From: an uncultured archaeon
GTDB lineage: Archaea; Asgardarchaeota; Heimdallarchaeia; Heimdallarchaeales; Kariarchaeaceae
Length of the DNA: 64,000 nt
Direction of reading: 5' to 3'
Assembly (NCBI GenBank): GCA_964645535.1
Contig: CAZYCQ010000006.1
Coordinates: forward strand, 1 to 64,000
A model generated the notes under the pieces. The model did no database searches. It was given only the letters and a program-made list of their open reading frames with translations, and was not told the origin of the DNA. Shown here one piece after another: positions 19,959 to 30,358 of this stretch. Both the position numbers and the translations under genes were made by a program. Each line of letters starts with the position of its first letter. Position 1 is the first letter of the stretch.

Positions 19959-21269
19959 TTAGGATCGCTCTTCAATCGGAACAAATTTTCTTTCTGTAGG
20001 TCCAATATAAATTTGGCGTGGCCGGTGGATTCTGAATTCTGGATCCTCACGCATTTCCTTCCATTGTGCAATCCAGCCAGGCAACCTGCCAAGGGCAAAC
20101 ATAACGGTAAACATATTCTTAGGAATACCTAGGGCACGATAGATAATTCCGCTGTAAAAGTCAACATTGGGATAAAGTTTCCTAGTTTTGAAATATTCGT
20201 CATTTAAAGCAACCTCTTCAAGTTTTTTGGCGATATCCAATAATGGATCCTCGACCCCAAGTTCATTCAAAATGTTGTCTGCCGCTTTTTTAAGGATGCG
20301 TGCTCTCGGATCAAAATTCTTGTAGACCCTATGACCGAATCCCATCAAACGGAAACCCGAGCTTTTGTCTTTTGCCATATTCACATATTTTTCGATATCT
20401 CCTCCATCCCTTTGGATAGCTTCAAGCATTTCAATAACTGCCTGGTTGGCACCTCCATGCAATGGTCCCCAAAGTGCAGATACACCTGCTGCAATAGCGG
20501 AGTACATGTTTCCCTTTGAAGAGCCCACCATTCTGACGGTTGAAGCGGAACAGTTCTGTTCATGATCTGCATGAAGTATCAACAGTTGATTCAACGCTTT
20601 TTCAACTACGGGGTTCACCTTATAATCGTGTGTAGGCGATTTCTTGAACATCATATTGAGGAAGTCTCCCACATATCCGAGTTTTGGATCCGGATAGATA
20701 TATGGTTCACCAATTGATTTCTTATAGCTATAGGCGGCAATGGTCTTGACCTTTGCAAGCAATTTGATGATATCATCCCTATGATCATGGTCACTATTTC
20801 CTGAAGGGGGATGGAAGGTAGAGAGAGCTGTGATCATAGAGCTGAGAATTGCCATAGGATGTGCTGTTGCAGGGAAACCTTCAAAAAATTTCTTCATGTC
20901 TTCATGTATCATTGCATTTTCCCTGAGATCAGCTTCAAACTCCTCAAGTTGTGATTTTGTTGGAAGCTCACCGAAAATGACCAAGTACATCACTTCAGTA
21001 AAAGATGCCTTTTCAGCTAAATCTTCGATGTTATATCCCCGATATCTGAGGATTCCCTCTTCACCGTTGATGAAGGTGATTGCACTTCGACAGGATCCCG
21101 TGTTTCCATAGCCTGGGTCATAGGTAATGACCCCATTGGACATCTGTCTGAATTTCAGAATGTTTATCCCTACTTCTCCCTCGGTTCCGACGACCAGAGG
21201 AAGTTCATATTCCTTGTCACCAATAATAATCTTGGCCGTTTGTGGATTTCCATTGTCCATATTTGACAA
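19959..21269 (-). CDS. gltA: Citrate synthase, bacterial type II
   Basis: YDPGYGNTGSC..ITFI.G..GILRYRGY, LHADHEQNCS, GPLHGGAN, GFGHRVYK, YPNVDFYSG. Confidence 0.96.
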   Translation of the reverse strand: MSNMDNGNPQTAKIIIGDKEYELPLVVGTEGEVGINILKFRQMSNGVITYDPGYGNTGSCRSAITFINGEEGILRYRGYNIEDLAEKASFTEVMYLVIFGELPTKSQLEEFEADLRENAMIHEDMKKFFEGFPATAHPMAILSSMITALSTFHPPSGNSDHDHRDDIIKLLAKVKTIAAYSYKKSIGEPYIYPDPKLGYVGDFLNMMFKKSPTHDYKVNPVVEKALNQLLILHADHEQNCSASTVRMVGSSKGNMYSAIAAGVSALWGPLHGGANQAVIEMLEAIQRDGGDIEKYVNMAKDKSSGFRLMGFGHRVYKNFDPRARILKKAADNILNELGVEDPLLDIAKKLEEVALNDEYFKTRKLYPNVDFYSGIIYRALGIPKNMFTVMFALGRLPGWIAQWKEMREDPEFRIHRPRQIYIGPTERKFVPIEERS

Positions 21270-21355
21270 GGTAGTTCAACTATTTTATAAGAAAATAATA
21301 ACGGGCAAGGACTTTTGAATTATTTTTTTGTAGATTTTGATCATCGGTTCATGGT

Positions 21356-22381
21356 CTAGGAATCTTGAATCTTCAGAAGTACCTTACCTCTGTTTTTTCT
21401 TGCATGAATATAGCGATGTGCATCAGCAGCATTTTCCAATGGAAAAATCCCTTCAGGATCGATTGTAGGACGAATATCTTGTTCCTCAACAAGTGCCACA
21501 AGTTTTTCCCATGGTTCCCTGATCCGTTCAGGGAATTTCCGCAGATATCCGACGTGGAGAGCCATGAACCCTTTGCTGTTTCTTAGCAAATCTTTGAAGG
21601 CTACCCTTGGAAGGGCACGCCAAGCTTTGAAGAGAGAGATGGGGTTGAGCTTATTCACCTGAATGCTTGTTCCTCCAATGGAAACCAATCTTCCCATAGG
21701 AGCCAAAATAGCCATGCTTTTTCTGAATACTTCACCACCCATTGTTTCTAAGATGATTTCAGGCTTTTCGTCCAGTTTCACATCAAAATTGGAATAGGAT
21801 AGTGGAATGGCACCGAGTTCTTCAATTAGTTTCATCTTATGAGGGCTTCCAGTTGTTGCATAGACTTTGAGACCAAGAGCCTTTCCTAGTTTGATTGCTG
21901 CTGTTCCTACTCCTCCTGCACCTGAATGAACCAATAAAACCTCACCGGCACGTACCCTTGCCATCTCTGTTAGGGAAAGCCAAGCTGTAAAGAAGGTTGC
22001 CACAAATGAAGCACTTTCTTTCAAATCATAGTTTGAGGGAGGAGAAAGGGCAAAATCTTCATGAACCGAAATATATTCCGCATAACCACCTGAATTCTTT
22101 CCGACAATGACTCGATCACCCACCTTGAATTTTGTAACTTGATTGCCTACTTTTTCCACAATTCCGGAGGCTTCAAGACCGAGAATATAAGGAAGCTTTG
22201 GCGCCCAAGAATATAATCCTTGACGAGACAATAGATCTGCATAGTTAACACCTGCATAATGTATCTTAACCAAAAGGTCATGAGAACCGATTGTTGGTGG
22301 ATCAACTTCCGAAACCTTCAGAATATCGGGTTTCCCGTATTTTTTCAATAGAATTGCCTTCATAAGGCTCCATAGACGCAT
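21356..22381 (-). CDS. Zinc-independent MDR family NAD(P)H:quinone oxidoreductase (VAT-1-like)
   Basis: GVNYAD, ILGLEASG, HSGAGGVG, RKNRGKVLL. Confidence 0.9.
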   Translation of the reverse strand: MRLWSLMKAILLKKYGKPDILKVSEVDPPTIGSHDLLVKIHYAGVNYADLLSRQGLYSWAPKLPYILGLEASGIVEKVGNQVTKFKVGDRVIVGKNSGGYAEYISVHEDFALSPPSNYDLKESASFVATFFTAWLSLTEMARVRAGEVLLVHSGAGGVGTAAIKLGKALGLKVYATTGSPHKMKLIEELGAIPLSYSNFDVKLDEKPEIILETMGGEVFRKSMAILAPMGRLVSIGGTSIQVNKLNPISLFKAWRALPRVAFKDLLRNSKGFMALHVGYLRKFPERIREPWEKLVALVEEQDIRPTIDPEGIFPLENAADAHRYIHARKNRGKVLLKIQDS

Positions 22382-22479
22382 GAATTATAGAGGTTTTTGA
22401 AGGGATTAGATTCTAAAAGTCAACATGTAGCAATAAATCGGAAGGAGAAATATTCAAAAGGTCAAGTCAACCTGTATCA

Positions 22480-23742
22480 TTGATGCATTCCATTTCAGAA
22501 AGGAATAATGCATATCTCAAATCATTGATTGTTCAAGGTTTATTGGTTCCGACTATCTTGATTTTTTTGGTGATTCTACTTACAGGCGGATTTCTCAATG
22601 ATTTTTTTATTGCATTCGGAGAAACCATTTATTATCCTGCATTAGGTTTGTTTGCCTCTTTATCGGTCTTTGGTATTCTTTTTTTGAGAACAAGGCACCT
22701 TAGATTCAGGACTAAGCTGAATCTATTGTTGATGGCTCTGTTTCTCGTTTTGTTTAATTTGGCAAATACATGGTTTTGGGGGATTTCAAGTTATAATCCG
22801 CCGTTTAAACGTCCTTTTGGGTATCCATTTCTTAATTTTGCAGATGGAATCCTAGTTGCAGTAGTAATAGTTCTTTTTTTCCATTTAAACAGCATGAGAA
22901 GATTTGACATCAATGTCCCATTTTCACTTTTCTTTGTCGGGATGGTAACACCGGCCCTATTAATTACTATTTTGGAAGGAATAAGTGGAAGAGAGACAGA
23001 ATACAATCAACTCAAGTTTGTTTCGGGTTATTTTCTTCCATTGATTGGAATAGCTGGATTTGGAGTAGCTATTTATGGGATCCGAATTGCTTATCTCATC
23101 TTACTTAACTCGTCTTTAGATGATGTTCGGAAAGGTTCGTATGGGTTTACCGCTTCATTTGTGTTTCTGAGCTATGCCTTAGCTTCACAAGTATTGTTTG
23201 TAGGAGATACGATCATGATTTTCAGATTTCGCCTGAGGATATTGCAATTGATACTCTTTGTTATTGGATCATCTTTTTTGATACTTGTTTATGCGAAATA
23301 CCCTATCTTTGCATATGCACTGCCGTATCGTATCTATGAATTGATCGTCTACAGTTCAGCAGGTTCACCGATTTGGTCTGTTTCTTTTATTTCACAAAGT
23401 GAAGACAAGAGGGAAGGACTAAAAGTTGGCGCATTGACTGCAATTGGGGAACTGATAAGGGACTTGTCCGGTTTCAGCGGAAAGCTTTCGGAAATACAGT
23501 TGGATGACGGAGTTCTCCTTCTTGAACAGGAAAAGAGATTTGCAGCATGCTTGATTGCAGAAGGAGTTTCATTTCAACTGTTCAGGATATTTCAAGAATT
23601 CTCTCAAGAAATTTTCAACCTGCTCCAAAATGAAGCTTCCTTGAAAAAAGGCCAAATTCCTGAACCTGCAAATAGTTTCTATCCCTTGATAGAAAAGTAT
23701 TTCCCAGTAAGATTTGAGGAATTCAAGATTTCAGAAGATTGA
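22480..23742 (+). CDS. Multi-pass membrane protein with C-terminal longin-like domain
   Basis: About 7-8 hydrophobic helices followed by LIVYSSAGSPIW...GALTAI.ELIRD...EIQLDDG.LLL longin-like pattern. Confidence 0.7.
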   Translation: MMHSISERNNAYLKSLIVQGLLVPTILIFLVILLTGGFLNDFFIAFGETIYYPALGLFASLSVFGILFLRTRHLRFRTKLNLLLMALFLVLFNLANTWFWGISSYNPPFKRPFGYPFLNFADGILVAVVIVLFFHLNSMRRFDINVPFSLFFVGMVTPALLITILEGISGRETEYNQLKFVSGYFLPLIGIAGFGVAIYGIRIAYLILLNSSLDDVRKGSYGFTASFVFLSYALASQVLFVGDTIMIFRFRLRILQLILFVIGSSFLILVYAKYPIFAYALPYRIYELIVYSSAGSPIWSVSFISQSEDKREGLKVGALTAIGELIRDLSGFSGKLSEIQLDDGVLLLEQEKRFAACLIAEGVSFQLFRIFQEFSQEIFNLLQNEASLKKGQIPEPANSFYPLIEKYFPVRFEEFKISED

Positions 23743-23797
23743 TCCGTTGGAAAAAACATTTATTTTTTCATGATAAAATATATTATTTGATGATATA

Positions 23798-24703
23798 ATG
23801 GAAATGATACTCCTCTTGTCTCTTATTTTTGGTTTATTCGTCTATTTAATCATTGCAGGTCTCCTGTTTCTGTTCTTCCACACAAATGTTTTCATTTGGC
23901 GGTCTAGAGATTACGAAATTCCATTCGGGAAAAGAGAAGGAAAGCAAATGAGAAAGGAGCTTCGAGATCCACGCGTTGTATATTGGGTCTGTGAAAATCA
24001 AATCCAAAGGAAACCTGAAGACTGGGTCATCTTATTGCATAGTTGGGGGAGAAATTCTGGAAGAATGATACAACGGGCAGAAATTTACTGGAAACTTGGA
24101 TTTTCATTGATTTTCATTGATGCCAGATGTCATGGTAAATCCTCTTGTACATGGCCTTCAAATGGATTTACATTCGGATATGATGCCATCCGTGTGGCGG
24201 ATGCTGAGGGGATAGAACAGCCAATCGTGCATGGACTTTCTGCTGGAGCTATTGCTGCGGTCTATTTTGCGAAAAACAGGCCTGTAGAAGCACTTGTACT
24301 TGAGGCATTGGTCAGCAATTACCGAAACATGGTCTTTGACACAATGAGTTTCTTTTTTCTTCCTAGGAAGCTATTTGCATGGATGGCGGAGTATCTCTTG
24401 ACACTGGATCTTCCTTTTGACGATTATGCTCCTGAAAAAGTCTTGCCACAACTTTCCTGCCCCATATTTCTCATTCATGGAGAGAAAGACAGATTTTTCC
24501 CTCCAGAAAACCACTATTTTAGAAATTTGGAGGCTTTGAAAGGAAAGGAAAATGTGTGGAATTGGTTAGTTCCAGGTTCAAAACATTCCAAAATGGCGCA
24601 ACACCCCGATTACCCAAAGAAGTTGAAGGTTTTTCTTTCAATGGTCTCAACTACAAAAGAGAAGGCGATTGAAGCAGTACCTAAAATGAAATTAATCGAT
24701 TAA
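23798..24703 (+). CDS. Membrane-anchored alpha/beta hydrolase
   Basis: N-terminal TM; LHSWG, GLSAG nucleophile elbow, IHGEKD, distal His. Confidence 0.88.
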   Translation: MEMILLLSLIFGLFVYLIIAGLLFLFFHTNVFIWRSRDYEIPFGKREGKQMRKELRDPRVVYWVCENQIQRKPEDWVILLHSWGRNSGRMIQRAEIYWKLGFSLIFIDARCHGKSSCTWPSNGFTFGYDAIRVADAEGIEQPIVHGLSAGAIAAVYFAKNRPVEALVLEALVSNYRNMVFDTMSFFFLPRKLFAWMAEYLLTLDLPFDDYAPEKVLPQLSCPIFLIHGEKDRFFPPENHYFRNLEALKGKENVWNWLVPGSKHSKMAQHPDYPKKLKVFLSMVSTTKEKAIEAVPKMKLID

Positions 24704-24711
24704 TCTATAAA

Positions 24712-26223
24712 GTGACAAAACAGTATTCAGACATGAGTTTGGAAAACCTCCTTGGTGGTCTTCCGGGTTTCAGAGACTTTTATCCAGAAATCTGGGAAGA
24801 GATATCTTTTGTGCTTGAGAAGATGAAAACAGTCTGTGAACGTTACAATTATGTTGAATATGAAGGGCCATCTTTGGAGCCTATTGAATTGTTTGAAGCA
24901 AAATCGGGAGAAGGACTGATAGGAGAGGTTTTCCATGTCAAGGATATCAATGGTCGGAATTTGGTGTTGAGACCCGAACAAACACCAACTCTTGCAAGAA
25001 TGCTTGCCAAAGATCAGCAAAGGTATCAGAAACCCATAAGATGGTACTCCATCCCACGGCTTTTCCGGGATGAAACTCCACAGAAGGGAAGATTGAGAGA
25101 ATTTTGGCAGCTCAATGCAGATATTCTTGGAGAGGATTCCATTTTGGCAGATGTTGAAGTGCTTTCCTTAGCTATTGATATTGTAAGAGAATGTGGGTTG
25201 GAAGATCATGAGTTCAACGTTTTCGTCAACAATAGAAAATTGTTTTCAACCCTTCTCGGGAATTTGGGGCTTGAGGAGAAGGCAATTCAGATTATACAAC
25301 TAATAGACCGCAAGGAGAAATTCATGCAGGAATTTGTGGAGCGTGAATTAAGCAAGAGCATGGAGATAAGCCGAGCCAAGGAACTGGGAATGGCGTTCAG
25401 AAGACTCTTAGTCGCTAAAGGGGCATTTCTTGAAAAGCTAAAATCGGAAGTTCCGGAAGAGGTAATGCAATTTTATGAGAGAAGGGATGAAATTGAAAAG
25501 AGCCAGTTTTTTGAGCAACTGGAAGTTTTAGGTCTCAACAAGGATCAAATGGAGCAGATCATCAATTTAACCTCATTTAGTTGTCCATCTAGTTCCTTTT
25601 CTGAGGAGATCAAGAAAAAAGACATTCCAGATTTTCTGGAACCGATCATTGACGAATTCAAGATGTTCAATAAATATATCAAGGCAGCAGGGGTATCTGA
25701 GCCTGTTGTTTTTGATTTCGGACTTGCTAGGGGATTGGATTACTATACAGGGTTTGTGTTTGAAGCTTTCGATTCAACGGGAGAAATTGTCCGGGCAATC
25801 TTTGGTGGAGGGAGATACGAAGACCTTGTAAGCATTATTGGAGGGGAACCTCTGACAGGTGTCGGATTTGGGATGGGAGATGCTGTCTTAATTGAGATAA
25901 TGAAATCAAAAGGTAAAATCACTCGTCGCAAAAAAGCCGAGGTCGATATTTACATTTCACCATTGAAGCCAGGACAAGTCTCAAGTGCATTATCTGTTGC
26001 GGCGAAATTACGAAAGGAATACAGGGTATTGTGCAATCCGTTCAAATGGAAATTGAAGAAGCATTTGGAAATAGCCGATAATGTTGGGGCAAGGTTTGCC
26101 CTGATCATTGGGCCAAAGGATATTGAACAAGGAGTATACAGTCTTAGGGACATGGTAACGAAAGAGACAAGGCAGATCCCACAAAATGCCCTTGAAAAAG
26201 AACTCAAGAGTTTATTTGACTGA
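24712..26223 (+). CDS. hisS: Histidine--tRNA ligase
   Basis: GFRDFYP, LRPEQTP, FRDETPQKGRLREFWQ, RGLDYYTG, GGGRYE; C-terminal anticodon-binding domain. Confidence 0.96.
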   Translation: MTKQYSDMSLENLLGGLPGFRDFYPEIWEEISFVLEKMKTVCERYNYVEYEGPSLEPIELFEAKSGEGLIGEVFHVKDINGRNLVLRPEQTPTLARMLAKDQQRYQKPIRWYSIPRLFRDETPQKGRLREFWQLNADILGEDSILADVEVLSLAIDIVRECGLEDHEFNVFVNNRKLFSTLLGNLGLEEKAIQIIQLIDRKEKFMQEFVERELSKSMEISRAKELGMAFRRLLVAKGAFLEKLKSEVPEEVMQFYERRDEIEKSQFFEQLEVLGLNKDQMEQIINLTSFSCPSSSFSEEIKKKDIPDFLEPIIDEFKMFNKYIKAAGVSEPVVFDFGLARGLDYYTGFVFEAFDSTGEIVRAIFGGGRYEDLVSIIGGEPLTGVGFGMGDAVLIEIMKSKGKITRRKKAEVDIYISPLKPGQVSSALSVAAKLRKEYRVLCNPFKWKLKKHLEIADNVGARFALIIGPKDIEQGVYSLRDMVTKETRQIPQNALEKELKSLFD

Positions 26224-27160
26224 AATCATTCAGGATATGGGCTTGGGCTACATTGATTGCATGAATAATTGAAGAATTCGCAAGAGGGTCCTGATCATTC
26301 AATAGGCAATCAATCAAACCTGCAAGAAAAGCGTCACCTGCCCCAACAAAATTTCTTTCGCCATTCCTTAGAAAGGGAACATCGACTCTTTTTCTTAGAT
26401 CATTCGATTTGATGATCACCTCGTTGGAGGAATGGATAATAAGATTTGCATCCCCTAATTGGAGATTCTCCTGTGCTTCTTCTTCATTGCAAACAAGAAT
26501 GCTATTTCCAATTCCCATGATTTTGTTTTTCAATTTGGTTAGGGATTCGATGTGTGAATGATCCCTTAACAGCCCTGTATCGACGAGGATCGGGGGAGTA
26601 GATGCCAGATCAATGTCCATCGCTTGTTCAATCAATTGAGAAGAAGAGAATTCATGTATTTCCTCATGAGTACAGCCTGCAAGGGAAAGGATTTGACAAG
26701 ACACCCATTCATGAGCCAGTGGGTTCAATCCCCAATTCAAGAAGACTGCTATTGGGGAACTGATCCAAGCTTCATGCACCTCTGGAGACCAATTTTGCAT
26801 CCCTAAAGAATATGAAACCGAATTAAGCTGAATTTCTCCTTTTTTCCAAATTAATGCAATTGTCCGGTTTGAACCTCCGTTGGAAATTTCCAGAACATCA
26901 GACCAATTCAGATATGGGTCTTTTTTGAGCAGTCCACGAAATAACTCATCCAATGGAACAACAATAGAGATATCCCTTCCCAAACGTTTCAGAACACGTC
27001 CAACGTTTACTCCATTTCCACCGGCAATCTCAGTGGTTCGGCAGTTACGATGATGATGACCAGGAAGGGGAAGACTTTCGATTAGCGATCCGTCATTCTT
27101 TCGAAGTTCAACCATTATGTCGACAAAAGTTGGATCAAAACCGATTTTCATCAAGTTCAA
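26204..27160 (-). CDS. PfkB/ribokinase family carbohydrate kinase
   Basis: AGGNGVNV, NEEEA, GAGDAFLAG signature. Confidence 0.8.
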   Translation of the reverse strand: MNLMKIGFDPTFVDIMVELRKNDGSLIESLPLPGHHHRNCRTTEIAGGNGVNVGRVLKRLGRDISIVVPLDELFRGLLKKDPYLNWSDVLEISNGGSNRTIALIWKKGEIQLNSVSYSLGMQNWSPEVHEAWISSPIAVFLNWGLNPLAHEWVSCQILSLAGCTHEEIHEFSSSQLIEQAMDIDLASTPPILVDTGLLRDHSHIESLTKLKNKIMGIGNSILVCNEEEAQENLQLGDANLIIHSSNEVIIKSNDLRKRVDVPFLRNGERNFVGAGDAFLAGLIDCLLNDQDPLANSSIIHAINVAQAHILNDFSQINS

Positions 27161-27191
27161 TTACTGAGTAGCTTGAAAAACCCTGAGGAGG

Positions 27192-27521
27192 TCAGAACAA
27201 AAAAAAGTTGAAAACAGCTACCCATAAATAAAGAAATACAAAAAATCCCATCATAATCCCATGTCGCATTGCCCTGATAGGAGTCATATCTTTTAGAGCA
27301 TACTTTTTTTTGACATAGAGACCAACAAGGTAAGATTGGGCAAAATAGAAAATTAGGCCTACCCAGCCGAGCCGTTCTTGAGAAGACAAATAAACGATGC
27401 CAGAAACGATGCCCATAATTATACCTGAGATTGTGCTTGCCAATAGTTTAATCGAATATGCTTTATCGAAATCGTTGAATTCCTTGAATTTCCAAATGGC
27501 ACCTGGCGTTTGAATGGACAT
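27192..27521 (-). CDS. EMC6/Rab5ip-like small three-TM membrane protein
   Basis: 109 aa, three TMs; S.ISGII.GI, GLIFYF, G...F..LW...FN pattern resembles EMC6. Confidence 0.6.
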   Translation of the reverse strand: MSIQTPGAIWKFKEFNDFDKAYSIKLLASTISGIIMGIVSGIVYLSSQERLGWVGLIFYFAQSYLVGLYVKKKYALKDMTPIRAMRHGIMMGFFVFLYLWVAVFNFFLF

Positions 27522-27571
27522 TAAATAATTGCCAATTCTGGGTTAAATAAACTCTTTCGTGGATTACTAGT

Positions 27572-28039
27572 TCATATGAACCCGATGATAAGATCTACCT
27601 GAGCCCAAAAGTCAGGTTCCACGGTAAATTTTTCGATCAATCTATCAATCAGTAAGGTGTCCGCTTTGAGCTCCTCATAGAACCCTTTTGGCCAGACAGC
27701 AATGAGGTGGATCCGACCATCTGCCAGAGCGCCGAAGAGAATTCCAATTCTTTTTCCTGTTTCGCGTTGAATTCCCATCAGTGCCCAAATGGCTAGACCG
27801 GTCATATCTTCTCCTTTATCCGAGGTAATCCTTTTCAGGTTGCGAAAAACCGAATAGTGTTCCAACTTTAGTGCAAGGTTGATGATCTCGTCAATGAAGG
27901 ATCTGTCAAGAGTTGGTTCACCTAGCAAAGAGGAGACATCAAAGAAGTTCACCATGAGATCATCTTTATCTGTGGTTAGGTCTACACCCTCCATGACAAG
28001 TTTCCAAACTGGAGGATCGTCTAGTGTCATCAATTTCAT
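27572..28039 (-). CDS. Hypothetical protein
   Basis: 155-aa ORF in operon context; no motif recognised. Confidence 0.6.
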   Translation of the reverse strand: MKLMTLDDPPVWKLVMEGVDLTTDKDDLMVNFFDVSSLLGEPTLDRSFIDEIINLALKLEHYSVFRNLKRITSDKGEDMTGLAIWALMGIQRETGKRIGILFGALADGRIHLIAVWPKGFYEELKADTLLIDRLIEKFTVEPDFWAQVDLIIGFI

Positions 28040-28072
28040 TACGATCAGAGATATAAATCGATTTCTAGAAAA

Positions 28073-28702
28073 TTAAACCTGCAAAGCAATTCCTTCTTCG
28101 GTAATAACATCAAAATTGTCCGCGGGGTTGGACACCAAATAATTTCCATTTCTTAAGTTAGTGACTGTTGAGGTTCCAGGAGGGATGACAGTAACAGTAG
28201 CATCGGATATCGGGATTGTTTCACCATTCAAAATTTTAAACACAGAGATCTCTGAACCCACAAGAACCGCGGAAACGGTTAGATCAATGGAGAGAGATTG
28301 TTGAAGGGTTTGTTTTGCATCACTTATTTCCATTTGCACAAGTAATGAAATCGAATAGCTTGAAGGAGCTCCAGCGACTACCAAATTGAATGTTGAGATT
28401 AAGAACGAGGAGGTGTATCCTCTTGACAAAAGATAATTGGAAAGTTCATTGAGTTCTGATTGCATCTCAACATCGATGTTGCTCGTATTGGTGCTTTGAG
28501 TATATCTTGCTAGGGCAATATGGGTCAAGTCCTTGATATTTTCAACAGAATTATCCCATGTCTGCAAGAAGACATCAACTCCCGAAGAAGGGTCGGTATA
28601 TCTTGCCTTTTGAATGTCAAGCAGAATGCCGGTGATACTGACGAAAAAGGTGAGCATCAGGAGAGTGAGCAGGAGAAAGATTTGGCTTTTTCTTTTCATC
28701 AT
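28073..28702 (-). CDS. Type IV pilin-like protein (class III signal peptide)
   Basis: MKRKS|QIFLLLTLL: basic leader followed by Q and a hydrophobic helix. Confidence 0.7.
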   Translation of the reverse strand: MMKRKSQIFLLLTLLMLTFFVSITGILLDIQKARYTDPSSGVDVFLQTWDNSVENIKDLTHIALARYTQSTNTSNIDVEMQSELNELSNYLLSRGYTSSFLISTFNLVVAGAPSSYSISLLVQMEISDAKQTLQQSLSIDLTVSAVLVGSEISVFKILNGETIPISDATVTVIPPGTSTVTNLRNGNYLVSNPADNFDVITEEGIALQV

Positions 28703-28712
28703 TCCTTTCCTC

Positions 28713-29207
28713 CTAAAGTTTCCAAGCCGTCAATTGGAACCTATACCTTTCATAGACAGGACCTGCATTCATCGAGTTGTGAGCTGCTGAGTAATACTCG
28801 TAAACTAGGATGTCAGAATCTGGCGATTGAGGGGAATTCTGATTTGCCAAATCTATAAGTGTATAAGTCCCATTGTTATTGATATCATGGTAAAGATTCA
28901 CCAAAAATTCAAAATTAGAAGGTAATGAAGCCTTTAGGGCTTGAACAAGTTTCTGTTCGACCGTACTGCTCGAAGATAATGGGGAACCGGATAGGAAGGC
29001 TTGGCGGGCGGCATCGAAATATTCAAACAGGATACCTGATTCTCTGAGTTCTCTGACAGCATTTTCCAAATACTTCAAGTCGCTAGAAGGGTCATCTTTG
29101 ATTGGTTCAGAAAAATTCTGGGCAGAGAAAAGTGTAGTCAATAAAATCAGAATGACCCCAATTGCGACCAATACTTCAATAACAAAAAGCTGGCTTTTAT
29201 TTTTCAT
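28713..29207 (-). CDS. Type IV pilin-like protein (class III signal peptide)
   Basis: MKNKS|QLFVIEVLVAIG. Confidence 0.75.
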   Translation of the reverse strand: MKNKSQLFVIEVLVAIGVILILLTTLFSAQNFSEPIKDDPSSDLKYLENAVRELRESGILFEYFDAARQAFLSGSPLSSSSTVEQKLVQALKASLPSNFEFLVNLYHDINNNGTYTLIDLANQNSPQSPDSDILVYEYYSAAHNSMNAGPVYERYRFQLTAWKL

Positions 29208-30349
29208 AGGTTAACCTCCCAAACTGTAAGGCGAATATAAACGACTATTTCCCTGATTAAAACGGAAATGGTCGAGGTGGAAGAAATTCCATTCGGTACT
29301 GACGGGGGCGTGAGAGGAGGTTCAACATCACCATCAAGATAGGTCGGTAAAACATCGATAGTGTAGTACCCTGTTGTAAAGGAAGAATTTTGTAGGCTAA
29401 ACAGGACAACAGAGCCGGTTGGTGGAAGAACAATGCTTGGGACAATGTTATAGGTTGCAGGAGTGGAATTGAATGTGGATTGGGAAATTTGCGATTGATT
29501 GATATCACCGAATGATCCTCCAGGGTAAAGTGCCCATACATGTGATAAGGCATTAGAGGTCATCTTCTCTATATAAAGGTCAAGGGTGTTTGAACTTCCA
29601 CTAGCAGACGGTTGAATGGTGGAATTGGTTTTCTGAAAATTGGCACCTACAGATTGATAAACAGCAAAACCTGTGTCTTGCATTGTACCAAATAAATCAG
29701 CGAATGAAACAGCAGCAACATAATTTGCAGGAAGTAAGCCAGTTGCGAGAACGTTATAATAACCAGATGAGTTGGTGGAGGAATAATAGGTTTGAAGAGT
29801 TGCATTCCCCGAGGAGCCAAGTTTTATTAAATGAATCGTGATATTTGCCCCTTGAATCACTTCGTCCTCAATATTCACTCTTCCAACAATTCTAATGTCA
29901 TTTCCAACAGGTGTCAATGACAAAATCGAATTGTTTAGGGGGGAGAACACCTCCAATCGGTACACTTTCCCTTGTGAAGGGAGATGGCGTCCTATCTCGT
30001 CATAAGAGAGACCGTATTCCGGAATGTTGGACCTTTTCAACCGAGCAAGTTTTATGTCATTTAAAGCATCGTTCTGCTGATTTTTCAGACCAATTGTCCA
30101 ATTTAGGGATCCCAATGTAGTACTGTCCATATTTTGCCAGTTAGTGGAACCTGAAGTTGAAATTAGATTTCTTAGGGTTCTGTCGATCTGATTTGTTCGA
30201 ATTTCAGTATCTGCGGTTGAGGCGCTATCTGAAATCAGATTATTGGTTACGACAAGAACATTCATCATGGTCAGCATGAAGATGATCATGGCAACAGTAA
30301 AGTCAACCCCTCTAATTTGGGATCGACGTTGTCTGAGGATGCGGATCAT
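29204..30349 (-). CDS. Large minor pilin-like protein (class III signal peptide)
   Basis: RQRRS|QIRGVDFTVAMIIF; Ser/Thr/Asn-rich extracellular part. Confidence 0.7.
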   Translation of the reverse strand: MIRILRQRRSQIRGVDFTVAMIIFMLTMMNVLVVTNNLISDSASTADTEIRTNQIDRTLRNLISTSGSTNWQNMDSTTLGSLNWTIGLKNQQNDALNDIKLARLKRSNIPEYGLSYDEIGRHLPSQGKVYRLEVFSPLNNSILSLTPVGNDIRIVGRVNIEDEVIQGANITIHLIKLGSSGNATLQTYYSSTNSSGYYNVLATGLLPANYVAAVSFADLFGTMQDTGFAVYQSVGANFQKTNSTIQPSASGSSNTLDLYIEKMTSNALSHVWALYPGGSFGDINQSQISQSTFNSTPATYNIVPSIVLPPTGSVVLFSLQNSSFTTGYYTIDVLPTYLDGDVEPPLTPPSVPNGISSTSTISVLIREIVVYIRLTVWEVNL

Positions 30350-30358
30350 TGGTATCCC

